From NCBI GenBank assembly GCA_963709425.1, contig CAVPWG010000004.1, positions 39,971 to 103,970 on the forward strand: a stretch of 64,000 nt of DNA, given 5' to 3'. The notes below the pieces were generated by a model. It did not search any database and was not told the DNA's origin. It saw only the letters and a list, made by a program, of their open reading frames with translations. Origin of the DNA: an uncultured Actinomycetes bacterium (GTDB lineage Bacteria > Actinomycetota > Thermoleophilia > Gaiellales > JAICJC01). This document shows, piece by piece, positions 1-8,885 of the stretch (positions are counted from its first letter, which is position 1; each line of letters starts with the position of its first letter). A program made the position numbers and the translations under genes.

Positions 1-611
1 CCCCAGACGGGGCGCGGCTCGGCCTCGCGCGGCCGGCGCGTCAGCCTCACGATCACGAAGACCAGCGACAGCGCGAGCAGCCCGCCGGCCGTGCCGACGA
101 TCGCCTTCCTCAGGGTCGGGTCGAGGCCGCTCGAGCTCGAGCCGGCCGGTTGGGGCACGGGAGTCGTAGGCGGTGCCGAGGTCGGCGGCGGAGCCTTCAG
201 GTCGGGCACGGGCACTGTCCCGGTGCTGCCCACTTTGACCAGCGTCCCCGTCGAGTCGGCGACGAAGACCGTGTAGCAGTAGGTCAGCCCCGCCTTGACG
301 GTGGGGTCGATCATGTGGTTCGTGACCGAGTGAGCGCCGATGGCCGTGCCGTCCGCCGAGCCGGTGGGACAGGCGGAGCCGTTACCTCGGTAGACGAAGA
401 CGTGCGTCGGCTGCACGGCGGGCGGATCGGTCCAGGTGATGTACACCTGGTCGGTGGTCACCACGACGCTCATGTGGTTTGGCGCGGGCTGGTAGCCGCG
501 CGCCGTCGTGTCCGCGAAGACGGCGGACGGCCGAGCAGCAAGCAGCAGGAGCAGCGCGAACAGCAACCACGTCCCGCCCGCGGCCCTTCGTATGGGTAGG
601 CAGCCTCTCAT
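1..611 (-). CDS. Secreted, membrane-anchored protein with beta-rich (FN3/Ig-like) ectodomain; 3' end lies outside window
   Basis: ATG is the complement of 609-611. Hand translation starts MRGCLPIRRAAGGTWLLFALLLLLAARPSAVFA (signal peptide). Then come strand-like segments (VYITWTDPP, YCYTVFVAD), a Pro/Ser/Thr linker PPPTSAPPTTPVPQP, and a hydrophobic helix GTAGGLLALSLVFVIV followed by RLTRRPRE. Missing from the ORF track only because no stop lies in the window. Confidence 0.6.
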   Translation of the reverse strand, partial: MRGCLPIRRAAGGTWLLFALLLLLAARPSAVFADTTARGYQPAPNHMSVVVTTDQVYITWTDPPAVQPTHVFVYRGNGSACPTGSADGTAIGAHSVTNHMIDPTVKAGLTYCYTVFVADSTGTLVKVGSTGTVPVPDLKAPPPTSAPPTTPVPQPAGSSSSGLDPTLRKAIVGTAGGLLALSLVFVIVRLTRRPREAEPRPVW

Positions 612-750
612 CCCCCAACCATTACCAGCCTACTAACGGTCCGAAAGGGCGTCAATAACCCCGACGAAAGCCCCCACCGTGGGGTTAACCGCCCACAGTC
701 GACCTGCCACCCCCATCGCGCCGGATGCGCCCAGACGCGAGGCTGCCCGA

Positions 751-1374
751 ATGCTGCGAAACCCCATCATCGTCTGTCTCGCCCTCGCCGCGATCGTCGT
801 GGTCGCGGCCGTCGCCGAGGCCGTGGTCGTGCTCACCACGCCGCCGCCGGCGAATCGCCTGGTAATTGCAAAGACCGGGGGCCGGACCTCGTGTTTACAG
901 CCCAGTATTCGCGGACGCGGTAAAGGTTGTGTTCGGGAACCTCGCGAGGACTTGCACGACGCACGACGAACGGGCACAACGAGTCACGTGGAATCTGCAT
1001 GGGGGCACGAAACAGCGCCGGTGACGGACTGGGGGCACAACGGGGACCTCTCGTCGCCGTCCGTCGTCGCGGCGCCGGTGCGAAGGATCTCCGAGGCCGA
1101 GCACATCGACGAGATCCCGCGCCTCACCCGCAACCAGCGCTCCGTGATGGACTGGCTCGCCGAGGGGCGAGACGTCAGTCTTCGTGACCTGGGCCGGCGG
1201 CTGCCGCGCGCACCGATCACGGTCAAGTCGCTCTTCCACCGGGGGCTCGTCGGCTACGGCCTGCGATGGGACGAGGCGGACGGCGGGTCAGACCTCGACC
1301 GCACCGTCCGCCTCACGCCGCGCGGCAAGAGCGTGATGGAGCTGCTCCAGACGCGCGACCACGAGTCCGTCTAG
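751..1374 (+). CDS. Hypothetical protein: N-terminal TM helix plus C-terminal winged-helix (MarR/ArsR-like) domain; start uncertain
   Basis: Part of ORF 679..1374. From ATG 751 it reads MLRNPIIVCLALAAIVVVAAVAEAVVVL (TM helix). The C-terminus LTRNQRSVMDWLAEGRDVSLRDLGRRLPRAPITVKSLFHRGLVGYGL...RTVRLTPRGKSVMELL looks like a wHTH. Positions 850-990 have lower GC, so an alternative GTG start at 988 is possible. Confidence 0.45.
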   Translation: MLRNPIIVCLALAAIVVVAAVAEAVVVLTTPPPANRLVIAKTGGRTSCLQPSIRGRGKGCVREPREDLHDARRTGTTSHVESAWGHETAPVTDWGHNGDLSSPSVVAAPVRRISEAEHIDEIPRLTRNQRSVMDWLAEGRDVSLRDLGRRLPRAPITVKSLFHRGLVGYGLRWDEADGGSDLDRTVRLTPRGKSVMELLQTRDHESV

Positions 1375-1526
1375 AGACTCGACCGCCGTACGAAGAGGCC
1401 CCGGCCGAGGATGCCGGCGACGACCGCCACCGCGAGTGCGATCAAGAGCACCCAGAAGGCGACCTTCACCGCCCCCCAGATGCCGAAGACCAGGACGGCG
1501 AGAATGAGAAGTAGGAGGAGCCACAT
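1371..1526 (-). CDS. Small hydrophobic protein (51 aa, two predicted TM helices)
   Basis: Hand translation MWLLLLLILAVLVFGIWGAVKVAFWVLLIALAVAVVAGILGRGLFVRRSSL. It is below the ORF-track size cutoff. No family recognised and no clear RBS. Confidence 0.3.
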   Translation of the reverse strand: MWLLLLLILAVLVFGIWGAVKVAFWVLLIALAVAVVAGILGRGLFVRRSSL

Positions 1527-1594
1527 GCGCCTCTCCATGCCCTGAGCCCGGAGGCGGCAAACGCCGGAGCCGTCGCCGGTAGGATGCGCCGCCC

Positions 1595-2764
1595 TTGCGT
1601 CGCCTCATCGCGCTCGTCTCGCTGCTCGTCGCCGTCGACCTCACGATGTGGTCGGCGATCGTCCCGCTCCTCCCCCACTACCGCTCCGAGCTCGGGCTGA
1701 CCAAGGTCGAGTCGGGATGGCTCCTTGCCGCCTTCAGCCTGGCCGTCGTCGCTGTGGCGATCCCGGTCGGCCACCTCGCCGACCGGATCGGCGCGCGGCG
1801 AGTCGTGGCCGCCGGTGGTGTCGCGATGGCCGCGGGGACGCTCGGCCTCGGCTTCGCGGGAACATTCTGGCTCCTGGTCGCCGCCCGCGCGGTCCAGGGT
1901 GTCGGCGACGCGGCCGTCTGGGGCGCCGGCGTCGCCTGGGTCGCGGCCCGCGCTCCGGTCGCACACCGCGGCGCTGCCGTGAGCTTCTCGAACGCCGCCG
2001 CCATCGTCGGCGTGATCGCCGGCCCGTTCGTCGGCGGTGTCGCCACGAGCACGTTCGGGATCCGCCCGACGTTCGCCGTCGCCGCGGCCGTCTCGCTCGC
2101 GTTGGCCGGCTGGGCGCTCTTCGAGCCCGACGCGCAGGCCGCCGCCGAGCGTCGCGCCGGTGTCCGGGCGGCGCTCCGGGCGGCGCTCTCGGAGTCACTG
2201 ATCATGGCGAGCGTGGTGATGATCCTGGCCGTCGCGGTGATCGGCGGCGCGCTCCAGGTGCTCGTGCCGCTCCACCTCTCTGCCGACGGCGTCGAGCGCT
2301 CGGCGATCGGAGCGGCGTACTCGGTCGGGGCGATGCTGGGCGCACTGGCGATTCTCGTGAGCGGCCGCGCGGGCGACCGGATCGGCCGAATCCCGCTCGC
2401 GGCCGGCGCCTGCACCGCGCTGGCGGTGCTCAGCGGGCTGCTCGTGCTGCCGCTCAGCGCGGCGCTGGTCGTGGCCGTCGTGATCGCGGCCGGCCCGGTG
2501 CAATCGATCCTCTACGCGGTCGGCTATCCGCTGAGCGCCGACGGGGCCGACCGCGCCAACCTGGGCCACGGGATCGCGATCGGGATCGTGAACCTGACGT
2601 GGGGCGTCGGCGCGGTCGTGGGGCCGCTCGCAGGACCGGGCGTCGCGCAGGCGCTCGGCGACCGCGCCTCGTACGCGCTCCTCGCGAGCCTCGCCGCGCT
2701 TGCGGCCGTCGCCATCGCCGCGCCGACCGCCGGCCGCGCGCGGGCTACCCCGCCGCTCGGGTGA
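1595..2764 (+). CDS. MFS transporter (12-TMS type)
   Basis: 389-aa ORF, hydrophobic throughout. The MFS loop 2-3 motif is present as GHLADRIGARRVV. The 3' end overlaps the convergent gene by 20 nt. Confidence 0.85.
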   Translation: MRRLIALVSLLVAVDLTMWSAIVPLLPHYRSELGLTKVESGWLLAAFSLAVVAVAIPVGHLADRIGARRVVAAGGVAMAAGTLGLGFAGTFWLLVAARAVQGVGDAAVWGAGVAWVAARAPVAHRGAAVSFSNAAAIVGVIAGPFVGGVATSTFGIRPTFAVAAAVSLALAGWALFEPDAQAAAERRAGVRAALRAALSESLIMASVVMILAVAVIGGALQVLVPLHLSADGVERSAIGAAYSVGAMLGALAILVSGRAGDRIGRIPLAAGACTALAVLSGLLVLPLSAALVVAVVIAAGPVQSILYAVGYPLSADGADRANLGHGIAIGIVNLTWGVGAVVGPLAGPGVAQALGDRASYALLASLAALAAVAIAAPTAGRARATPPLG

Positions 2765-3917
2765 GCGGCTTCGCGGGCCGCTCCTTCCGCGGATCGACGA
2801 ACGGGAGCTCGGCGGTGACGCCCGCCATGTCCCCGTGCTCGGACTCGACGTCGATCCGCGTGCCCGGATGCGCGAGCTCGATCGGCACCCAGACGTAGCC
2901 GACGTTTCGCTCGAGGCCCGGCGACCAGACGGCGTCGGTCACGCGGCCGACATGCCGCCCGCCGTGATGGGCGGGCCACGTCACGGTGATCCCCGTCAGC
3001 GGCTCGCGCGAGTCGAACTCGATGCCGACCAGCTTCCGGTCGACGCCCGCTCGGCGCAGCGTCTCGAGCGCCTCCTTGCCGACGTAGTCCTGCGGCTGCT
3101 CCTCGACCAGCCGCTCGAGGCCGGTGATGTGAAACGGCGTATCGGCGAGGGTGAAGTCGGAGCCGCAGTTGAAGATGCCGGCCTCGACCCGCCGGGCCTC
3201 GTTCGGGGCGATCGGCCGGATGGCGAACTCCTCGCCGGCCGACATGATCGCGTCCCACACCTCGTCCCCGCGCGACCCGTCCAGCAGGTTCACCTCGAAC
3301 CCCGGCACCGCCGACCAGCCGGTCCGGGTGATGACGACCGGGATCCCGTCGATCTCGAAGTGGTCGCACCAGTAGTAGCGCAGGTCGAAGATGCTCTCGC
3401 CGACGAGCTTCGCCAGCGTCCGGCCCGAGAGCGGCCCCTGCACCTGGCACGGATGGACGTCGGGGTAGGAGACCTCGGCGTCGAGATCGAGCTGCGAGAG
3501 GACGCCGAGCGCGTAGAGGCCGGCGTCGGAGTCGGCGAGCTGCATCCACCACACGTTCTCCTCGGGATGCACCAGCACCGGGTCGTTCACGATCCCGCCG
3601 GAGGGTGCCGTCACGAGCATGTACTTGCACTGCTTGACGGCGCAGCGGGTGAGATCGCGGCACGTGATCGAGTCGACCAGCCGGTCGGCGTCGGGGCCGC
3701 TGATCTGGACCGTGCGCTCCACCCCGACGTCCCAGAGGGTGACGCCGTCCTGCAGCGCCTGGTACTCGACCGCGGGATCGTCGTACTCGGCCGGCAGGTA
3801 CATCTTGTTGTAGATGTCATAGGCCTTGCACCCCGCGCGCTGCGTGCCGTCGAAGAACGGCGAGCGCCGGTACCAGGGGCCGAAGTAGAGCGTGGTCGTC
3901 GTCGGGTGCTTCGTCAT
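2745..3917 (-). CDS. Aminomethyltransferase (GcvT/DmdA-like folate-dependent demethylase family)
   Basis: Start MTKHPTTTTLYFGPWYRRSPFF at 3917, preceded by GGAGGG, in an ATGA overlap with the upstream gene's stop. GcvT-like segments include VTLWDVGVERTVQISGPDA and RPIAPNEARRVEAGI. Confidence 0.85.
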   Translation of the reverse strand: MTKHPTTTTLYFGPWYRRSPFFDGTQRAGCKAYDIYNKMYLPAEYDDPAVEYQALQDGVTLWDVGVERTVQISGPDADRLVDSITCRDLTRCAVKQCKYMLVTAPSGGIVNDPVLVHPEENVWWMQLADSDAGLYALGVLSQLDLDAEVSYPDVHPCQVQGPLSGRTLAKLVGESIFDLRYYWCDHFEIDGIPVVITRTGWSAVPGFEVNLLDGSRGDEVWDAIMSAGEEFAIRPIAPNEARRVEAGIFNCGSDFTLADTPFHITGLERLVEEQPQDYVGKEALETLRRAGVDRKLVGIEFDSREPLTGITVTWPAHHGGRHVGRVTDAVWSPGLERNVGYVWVPIELAHPGTRIDVESEHGDMAGVTAELPFVDPRKERPAKPLTRAAG

Positions 3918-5218
3918 GCTGCCCTCCGGTGGCTGGTCATCGCGTCGAGCGCCAGGGCCGCACCGCGGAACCCGGACTCGATCGCGCCGTCGATGAACCC
4001 CGACCACCCGTTGGCGATGTCGGAGCCCGCGAACACGATCCGGCCCTCCGGCCTGCGCGCATCCGCGTGGTGGGTCGTGTACCACCCCGGCCGGTGGATC
4101 GCCCACGTGCCGCGCGAGAACTCGTCGCCCAGCCAGTCGTTGGCGGTGGCGGCCACGACCTCGTACCCGGGGATGATGTCGTCGAGCTGGCGCTGGACTG
4201 CGTGCAGGTCGGTGGCGTCACAGGCACCCCCGTCGATCCCGAACCCGATCATCACCTGCTCGCCGTCGGCGAGCACGTGCTCGGTCGCCAGATAGCCGAA
4301 CGGGTGCCCCGGCCTGATGGCGTTCTGCTGGATTGCCGGGCCGCGCGCGCGGATGAAGACTTTGATGCCGGTCGACGCCTGCCCCGCGGCGATCGCGGCA
4401 CGCTTGCCGGCCGGGAGCGGCGGGTCGAACTCGATCGCCGAGAGGGCGTTCAGCGGGACGGCCACGATCGCCGCGCGAGCCGTGATCGCCTCGCCGGCAC
4501 GGAGGTGCACCTCGACGCCTGACTCCGATTGCGAGATCGCGGCGACGGCCGCTTCGAGCCGGACGTCGAACGACGCGCCGCCGGTGATCGCGGCGAGCAG
4601 GGCGCCCGTGCCCTGCGCCAGCGTCACCCGCCCGCCGGTGTACTGCGTGAGCGCGAGGCTGTAGCCCGAGAGCGCGTGCCAGCGAAGCACGCTCACGGCG
4701 CCCGACTCCGCGAGGGGACCGCTCGCGAGCGACTCGAGCTCCGCGTCGAGCACGGCCCGCTCCTCGCCGGTCAGGTCCAGCTCGTCGCTTCGCTCGACGA
4801 TCGACATCCGGTCGAGCCGCGCCAGGCGGTCGATGTGGGAAAGCGGATCGTGCGGGAGCGGGAGCAGCTCCTCGGCGCCCGAGACGAACGCGTTCCAGCC
4901 GCGCTCGGCGATCGCGTCGCGCTCGGCGATGGTGCCCGTGCGCCGCTCGTCGCCGATGTACCACGCGGCGAGCTCCGTCTCCTGGCCGATCTCGACCTCG
5001 AGCCCGGCCCGGACGATCTCTGACCACGTGTGCGGCTGGTGCCAGTGCACCCACCCTCCCCCGAGCTCGATGTCGAGCTCCTCCCAGGGGGCGGTCCAGG
5101 TGCGGCCACCGAGGCGGTCGCGGGCCTCCACGACCAGCGTCCGGGCACCGCGGAGCGCCGTCTCCCGCGCCGCCGTGACCCCGGCGAACCCTCCTCCCAC
5201 GACCACCACGTCGAGCAC
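3914..5218 (-). CDS. Flavin-dependent amine oxidase
   Basis: N-terminus is VVVVGGGFAGVTAARE...VVEARDRLGGRTW, the GxGxxG motif plus the amine-oxidase ARDRLGGR motif. AGGAGG lies 10 nt upstream of the GTG at 5218. Confidence 0.85.
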   Translation of the reverse strand: MLDVVVVGGGFAGVTAARETALRGARTLVVEARDRLGGRTWTAPWEELDIELGGGWVHWHQPHTWSEIVRAGLEVEIGQETELAAWYIGDERRTGTIAERDAIAERGWNAFVSGAEELLPLPHDPLSHIDRLARLDRMSIVERSDELDLTGEERAVLDAELESLASGPLAESGAVSVLRWHALSGYSLALTQYTGGRVTLAQGTGALLAAITGGASFDVRLEAAVAAISQSESGVEVHLRAGEAITARAAIVAVPLNALSAIEFDPPLPAGKRAAIAAGQASTGIKVFIRARGPAIQQNAIRPGHPFGYLATEHVLADGEQVMIGFGIDGGACDATDLHAVQRQLDDIIPGYEVVAATANDWLGDEFSRGTWAIHRPGWYTTHHADARRPEGRIVFAGSDIANGWSGFIDGAIESGFRGAALALDAMTSHRRAA

Positions 5219-5240
5219 GACCTCGCGACCTCCTGAGCGC

Positions 5241-5262
5241 CCTGACTGATGAGTCAGTCAGG
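5241..5262. promoter_or_regulatory. Perfect 9-bp inverted repeat (CCTGACTGA-tgag-TCAGTCAGG) just upstream of the amine-oxidase RBS
   Basis: Read directly from the sequence. GC pairs on both sides extend the stem to about 5236-5268. It sits 24-45 nt upstream of start codon 5218 on the minus strand. Candidate operator or 5'-UTR hairpin. Confidence 0.4.
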
Positions 5263-5339
5263 AGGCGCGAGTATACCGAAGGCGCCTGAACGGTGACCCC
5301 TGCCCGTCGACCCGACGGTGGGGACTGCGACGCGACGGT

Positions 5340-5469
5340 GGGGACAGTCCCTGAACTTTTCGCGTGACACATTCGTTACCGCGGCGCGATGGCTCCCGGC
5401 GCAGCCCGGCCGGTACGTGTCACGGAAGCGCCGCGACGCCGTCGCGAGGCGCGTTCGGGGACTGTCCCC
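5340..5469. promoter_or_regulatory. Pair of 17-nt inverted copies containing the palindromic core GGGAC(A/T)GTCCC, 96 nt apart
   Basis: 5340-5356 is ggggacagtccctgaac. 5453-5469 is gttcggggactgtcccc, whose reverse complement matches 16/17. A 13-nt direct repeat cgacggtggggac occurs at 5313 and 5333. A nested inverted repeat is gcgtgacac (5362-5370) with gtgtcacg (5417-5424). Confidence 0.4.
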
Positions 5470-5489
5470 GGCTCGCCCCGGCCCGCCGG

Positions 5490-6380
5490 TCAGTCGGAGC
5501 GCTGGACGTCGTCGATGAGGCGGTCGAAGTCCGGGCCGTCGAACTCGGCGACGGCCCGGTCGTACTTCTCGATCCCCCACGTCCAGAAGTCGAAGTCGAT
5601 GTCCGACACGCCGTCCTGGATCGAGGCCCAGAGCGTCCACCCGTACTTCGACATGAGCCCCCACAGTCGCGCCCGGGCGACCTTGTTTGCCAGGCGCTCG
5701 CCGTAGTAGTGGCCGACGAGCTCGTCGAGCTGGGCGAGCGACAGGTTCGACTCGCTCCAGATGTTCCCGAGCTCGAAGCAGGCGTCGTTCATGCCCGAGT
5801 ACTCGTAGTCGATCAGCCGGAAGCCGTCGCCGACGTCGATGAAGTTCTCGGCGAGGAGATCGTTGTTGCACGGGACGGTGCCCTCGTCGCGCACCGCCAT
5901 CGCCGCCTCGATCCGGCGCACCTGCGGCTCGAACTCGAGGTAGCGGTCGGGGAGCCGAAACCCGCGGTCCTGCACCAGGCGCAGATAGCGCCGCTGGATG
6001 TCGAACATGTTGAAGTCGTCGCGAAACGGGCGCGCTGCGTGCAGGCGCCGGCACGCGGCGGCGACCCAGTCGAGCCGATCGCCGCGCTGCATGTCCGCGG
6101 ACGTCTGCGTCGTCCCCTCGATGAACCCGAGCACGAGCACCGAGCGCTCGGGGAGGTAGTCGATGACCGCCGCGCCGACCCCGGCGTCGGCGGCGGCGAC
6201 CGTGTTCAGGTACTCGTTCTCGCGATCGATCGCGAGCAGGCCGGCGTCCTTGGCCGACACGCGCACCACGAACGCGCCGTCCGGCGTCTCGACCTTGTAG
6301 TTCGTGTTGGTGAGCCCGCCCGCGAGCTCGGCCACGGAGATGGCGCTCGCGAAGCGCGGGGACGAGGTCGAGGAGACCAT
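5490..6380 (-). CDS. Choline/ethanolamine-kinase-like phosphotransferase (APH/ChoK family)
   Basis: A Brenner-type motif PCNNDLLAENFI and the ChoK-type motif LIDYEYSGMND are present. N-terminal nucleotide-binding segment is LAGGLTNTNYKV. Confidence 0.8.
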   Translation of the reverse strand: MVSSTSSPRFASAISVAELAGGLTNTNYKVETPDGAFVVRVSAKDAGLLAIDRENEYLNTVAAADAGVGAAVIDYLPERSVLVLGFIEGTTQTSADMQRGDRLDWVAAACRRLHAARPFRDDFNMFDIQRRYLRLVQDRGFRLPDRYLEFEPQVRRIEAAMAVRDEGTVPCNNDLLAENFIDVGDGFRLIDYEYSGMNDACFELGNIWSESNLSLAQLDELVGHYYGERLANKVARARLWGLMSKYGWTLWASIQDGVSDIDFDFWTWGIEKYDRAVAEFDGPDFDRLIDDVQRSD

Positions 6381-6456
6381 CGAGGTCCGTCATGGCCGCG
6401 CCACTATAGTCACCTGCTTCGCAGTGGTCGGGACCGGTTGATCGAGCGGGACGCAC

Positions 6457-8885
6457 ATGGAGGGTGACCGAGCCCGAGTCGTTGTCGTCGGCGGCGGCAT
6501 CACCGGGTGCAGCGTCGCCTACCACCTGGCCAAGGCCGGGTGGACAGACGTCGTCCTGCTCGAGAAGGGGGAGCTGACGAGCGGCTCGACGTGCCACGCC
6601 GCCGGGCTCGTCACGCAGTTCAACCCCTCGCCGACGATGATGCGCTTCCGCCGCTACAGCGTCGAGCTCTACGAGGAGCTGGGCGTGTTCGAGCGGCTCG
6701 GCAGCCTGCGGATCGCGTCCAGCAAGGAGAGCCTCCTGGAGCTGCGGCGCGGCGCGAGCCGGGCCCGCGGGATCGGGCTCGACGTCGACGTCGTCGGCCC
6801 CAAGCAGGCCCTGGCGTTGATGCCACAGGCCAGCGCGGAGTCGCTGCACGGCGCCGTCTGGGTCGGCGAGGACGGCTGCGTCGACCCGCACACGGCGACC
6901 TACGCCCTCGCCGACGCCGCCCGCGGGCTCGGCGTCGAGATCCGCACGCGCACGCAGGTGACCGGCATCCGCCTCGGCCCGAACCGCGAGGTGACCGGCG
7001 TCGAGACGACGGCCGGGCCGATCGAGACGGAGGCAGTCGTGAACGCCTGCGGCATCTGGGCGCCGCAGGTGGCGGCGATGGTCGGCGCGTTCACGCCGTC
7101 GGTGCCGGTCGACCACCAGCACATCGCGCTCGAGGCGGTCGACGGCCACGAGCTCCCGCGCGACATGCCGTGCTTCCGCGACACCGACAACCTGGTCTAC
7201 GGCCGCTCGGAGGCGGGCGGCGCGCTCTTCGGCGGGTACGAGCCGGACCCCGTGGCCCGCTGGGTGGACGGCGTCCCCTGGGAGCACGGCGCCCGCGCGC
7301 TCCCACCCGACCACGAGCGCTTCGCGCAGCTCATGGCGGGGGCCGTGCGCCGGTTCCCGTTCCTCGAGGACGCCGGCGTCGTCGCCCTCGTGTGCCACCC
7401 CGACGCGATGACGCCCGACGGCAACCCCCTGCTCGGCCCGCTGCCGGGCACCCCCGGATTCTGGACGGCTGCCGGCCTTTCGCTGAACGGCTTCGGCGGA
7501 GCAGGCGGTCTCGGGAAGACGATCGCCGAGTGGATGACGACGGGCGAGACCGAGCTCGACACGACGGGCTACCGCGCCTGGCGCTTCGGCGCCGCCTACC
7601 GCGCTCCGGCTCAGGTCGAGGCCGCCGGCCGGGAGGTCTATCGCTACTACTACCGCCTGCGCTACCCGCTCGACACCGACGAGTGGGGCCGCCCCAACCG
7701 GCTCTCGCCGCTCCACGGCCGGCTGCAGGAGGCGTGTGCCGCGTTCGGCGTCAAGAACGGCTGGGAGCGCGCCGACCATTTCGAGCCCGGGAAGCCGTGG
7801 CGGCGCTCGGGGGCCGACCAGCGCAAGTTCGGCTGGGTGCGCCCGCCCTGGTTCAGGCTGGTTGCCGATGAGCACAAGGCGATCCGCGAGCGCGTCGGCC
7901 TGATCGACATGACGTCGTTCGGCAAGATCGAGGTGCACGGCCCCGGCGCGCTGCCGCTGCTCGAGCGGGTCTGCGTGCAACCTGATCGACCGCCCCCCGG
8001 GGAGCGTCGTGTACACCCAGCTTCTGAACCGCCGCGGCGGCATCGTCGCCGACGTGACCGTGACGCGGCTCGGCGATGACCGCTTCCGCGTCGTGACCGG
8101 AGCCGGGGTCGTCGACTCCGACCTCGGGTGGCTCAGAGCCAACGTCGAGCCCGAGGACGGCCCCGTCGCGCTGCGCGACGCGAGCACCGAGCTGGCGGTG
8201 ATCGGGATGTGGGGGCCGTCTGCCCGGGCCGTGCTCGAGGGGGCGACCGACGACGACGTCTCGGCTGAGGGCTTCCCGTTTCGGACGGCCCGCGCGCTTC
8301 GCGTGGCCGGCGCCGACGTGACGGCACAGCGGATCACGTACGTGGGCGAGCTCGGCTTCGAGCTCTACGTCGCCCCCGAGTCGGCCGTCCAGGTGTGGGA
8401 CGCGCTGGCCGCGGCCGGTGCCCGACACGGCATCGTTCCCGCGGGCTACCGCGCCCTCGACTCGCTCCGGATCGAGAAGGGCTACCGCTACATGGGCACC
8501 GACCTCTCCGCCGGCGACACGCCGTACGAGGCGGGCCTCGGATTCTGCGTCGCGCTGGACAAGGGCCCGTTCAACGGCCGTGACGCCCTGGCCGACGCCG
8601 GGCCCGTGCCCGACCCGCCGGATCCGCACGCTGCTCGTCGGCGGCCGCCGGTACCTGAACCTCTACGGCGGCGAGGCGGTGCATGCGGAGGGGTCGGTGG
8701 TCGGGCGCGTCCGGAGCGCGGCGTTCGGCCACACCGTGGGGCGAAACGTCGCGTACGCCTACCTTCCGGCCGAGATCGCGCCGGGCGCGCCCGGCGTCGA
8801 GGTGGAGGTGCTCGGCCAGCTCGTCCGTGCCGAGGTCGCAGACGACGTCCTCTACGACCCCGACCACCTGCGCGTGCGGGCCTAG
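6457..8885 (+). pseudogene. Dimethylglycine/sarcosine oxidase-like protein (FAD oxidase fused to GcvT-type folate domain), interrupted by two +1 frame switches
   Basis: Three consecutive frames together give one protein. Segment 6457 to about 7975 reads VVVVGGGITGCSVAYHLA...LLERVC. Segment about 7976-8610 reads NLIDRPPGSVVYTQLLNRRGGIVADVTVTRL...FNGRDALADAG. Segment about 8612-8885 reads RRIRTLLVGGRRYLNLYGGEAV... to the stop. The span is 2429 nt, which is 809 codons plus 2 nt. Confidence 0.8.

Noticed and set aside
5254-8337. Very long ORFs antisense to well-supported genes. Examples are 5254..8337 (1027 aa), 16059..18638 (859 aa), 20858..23251 (797 aa), 61247..63553 (768 aa) and 54673..56469 (598 aa).
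   Set aside because: Their translations are Arg/Pro/Gly/Ala-rich and carry no recognisable motifs. They lie opposite genes with clear family signatures. Long stop-free frames are expected at this GC content.
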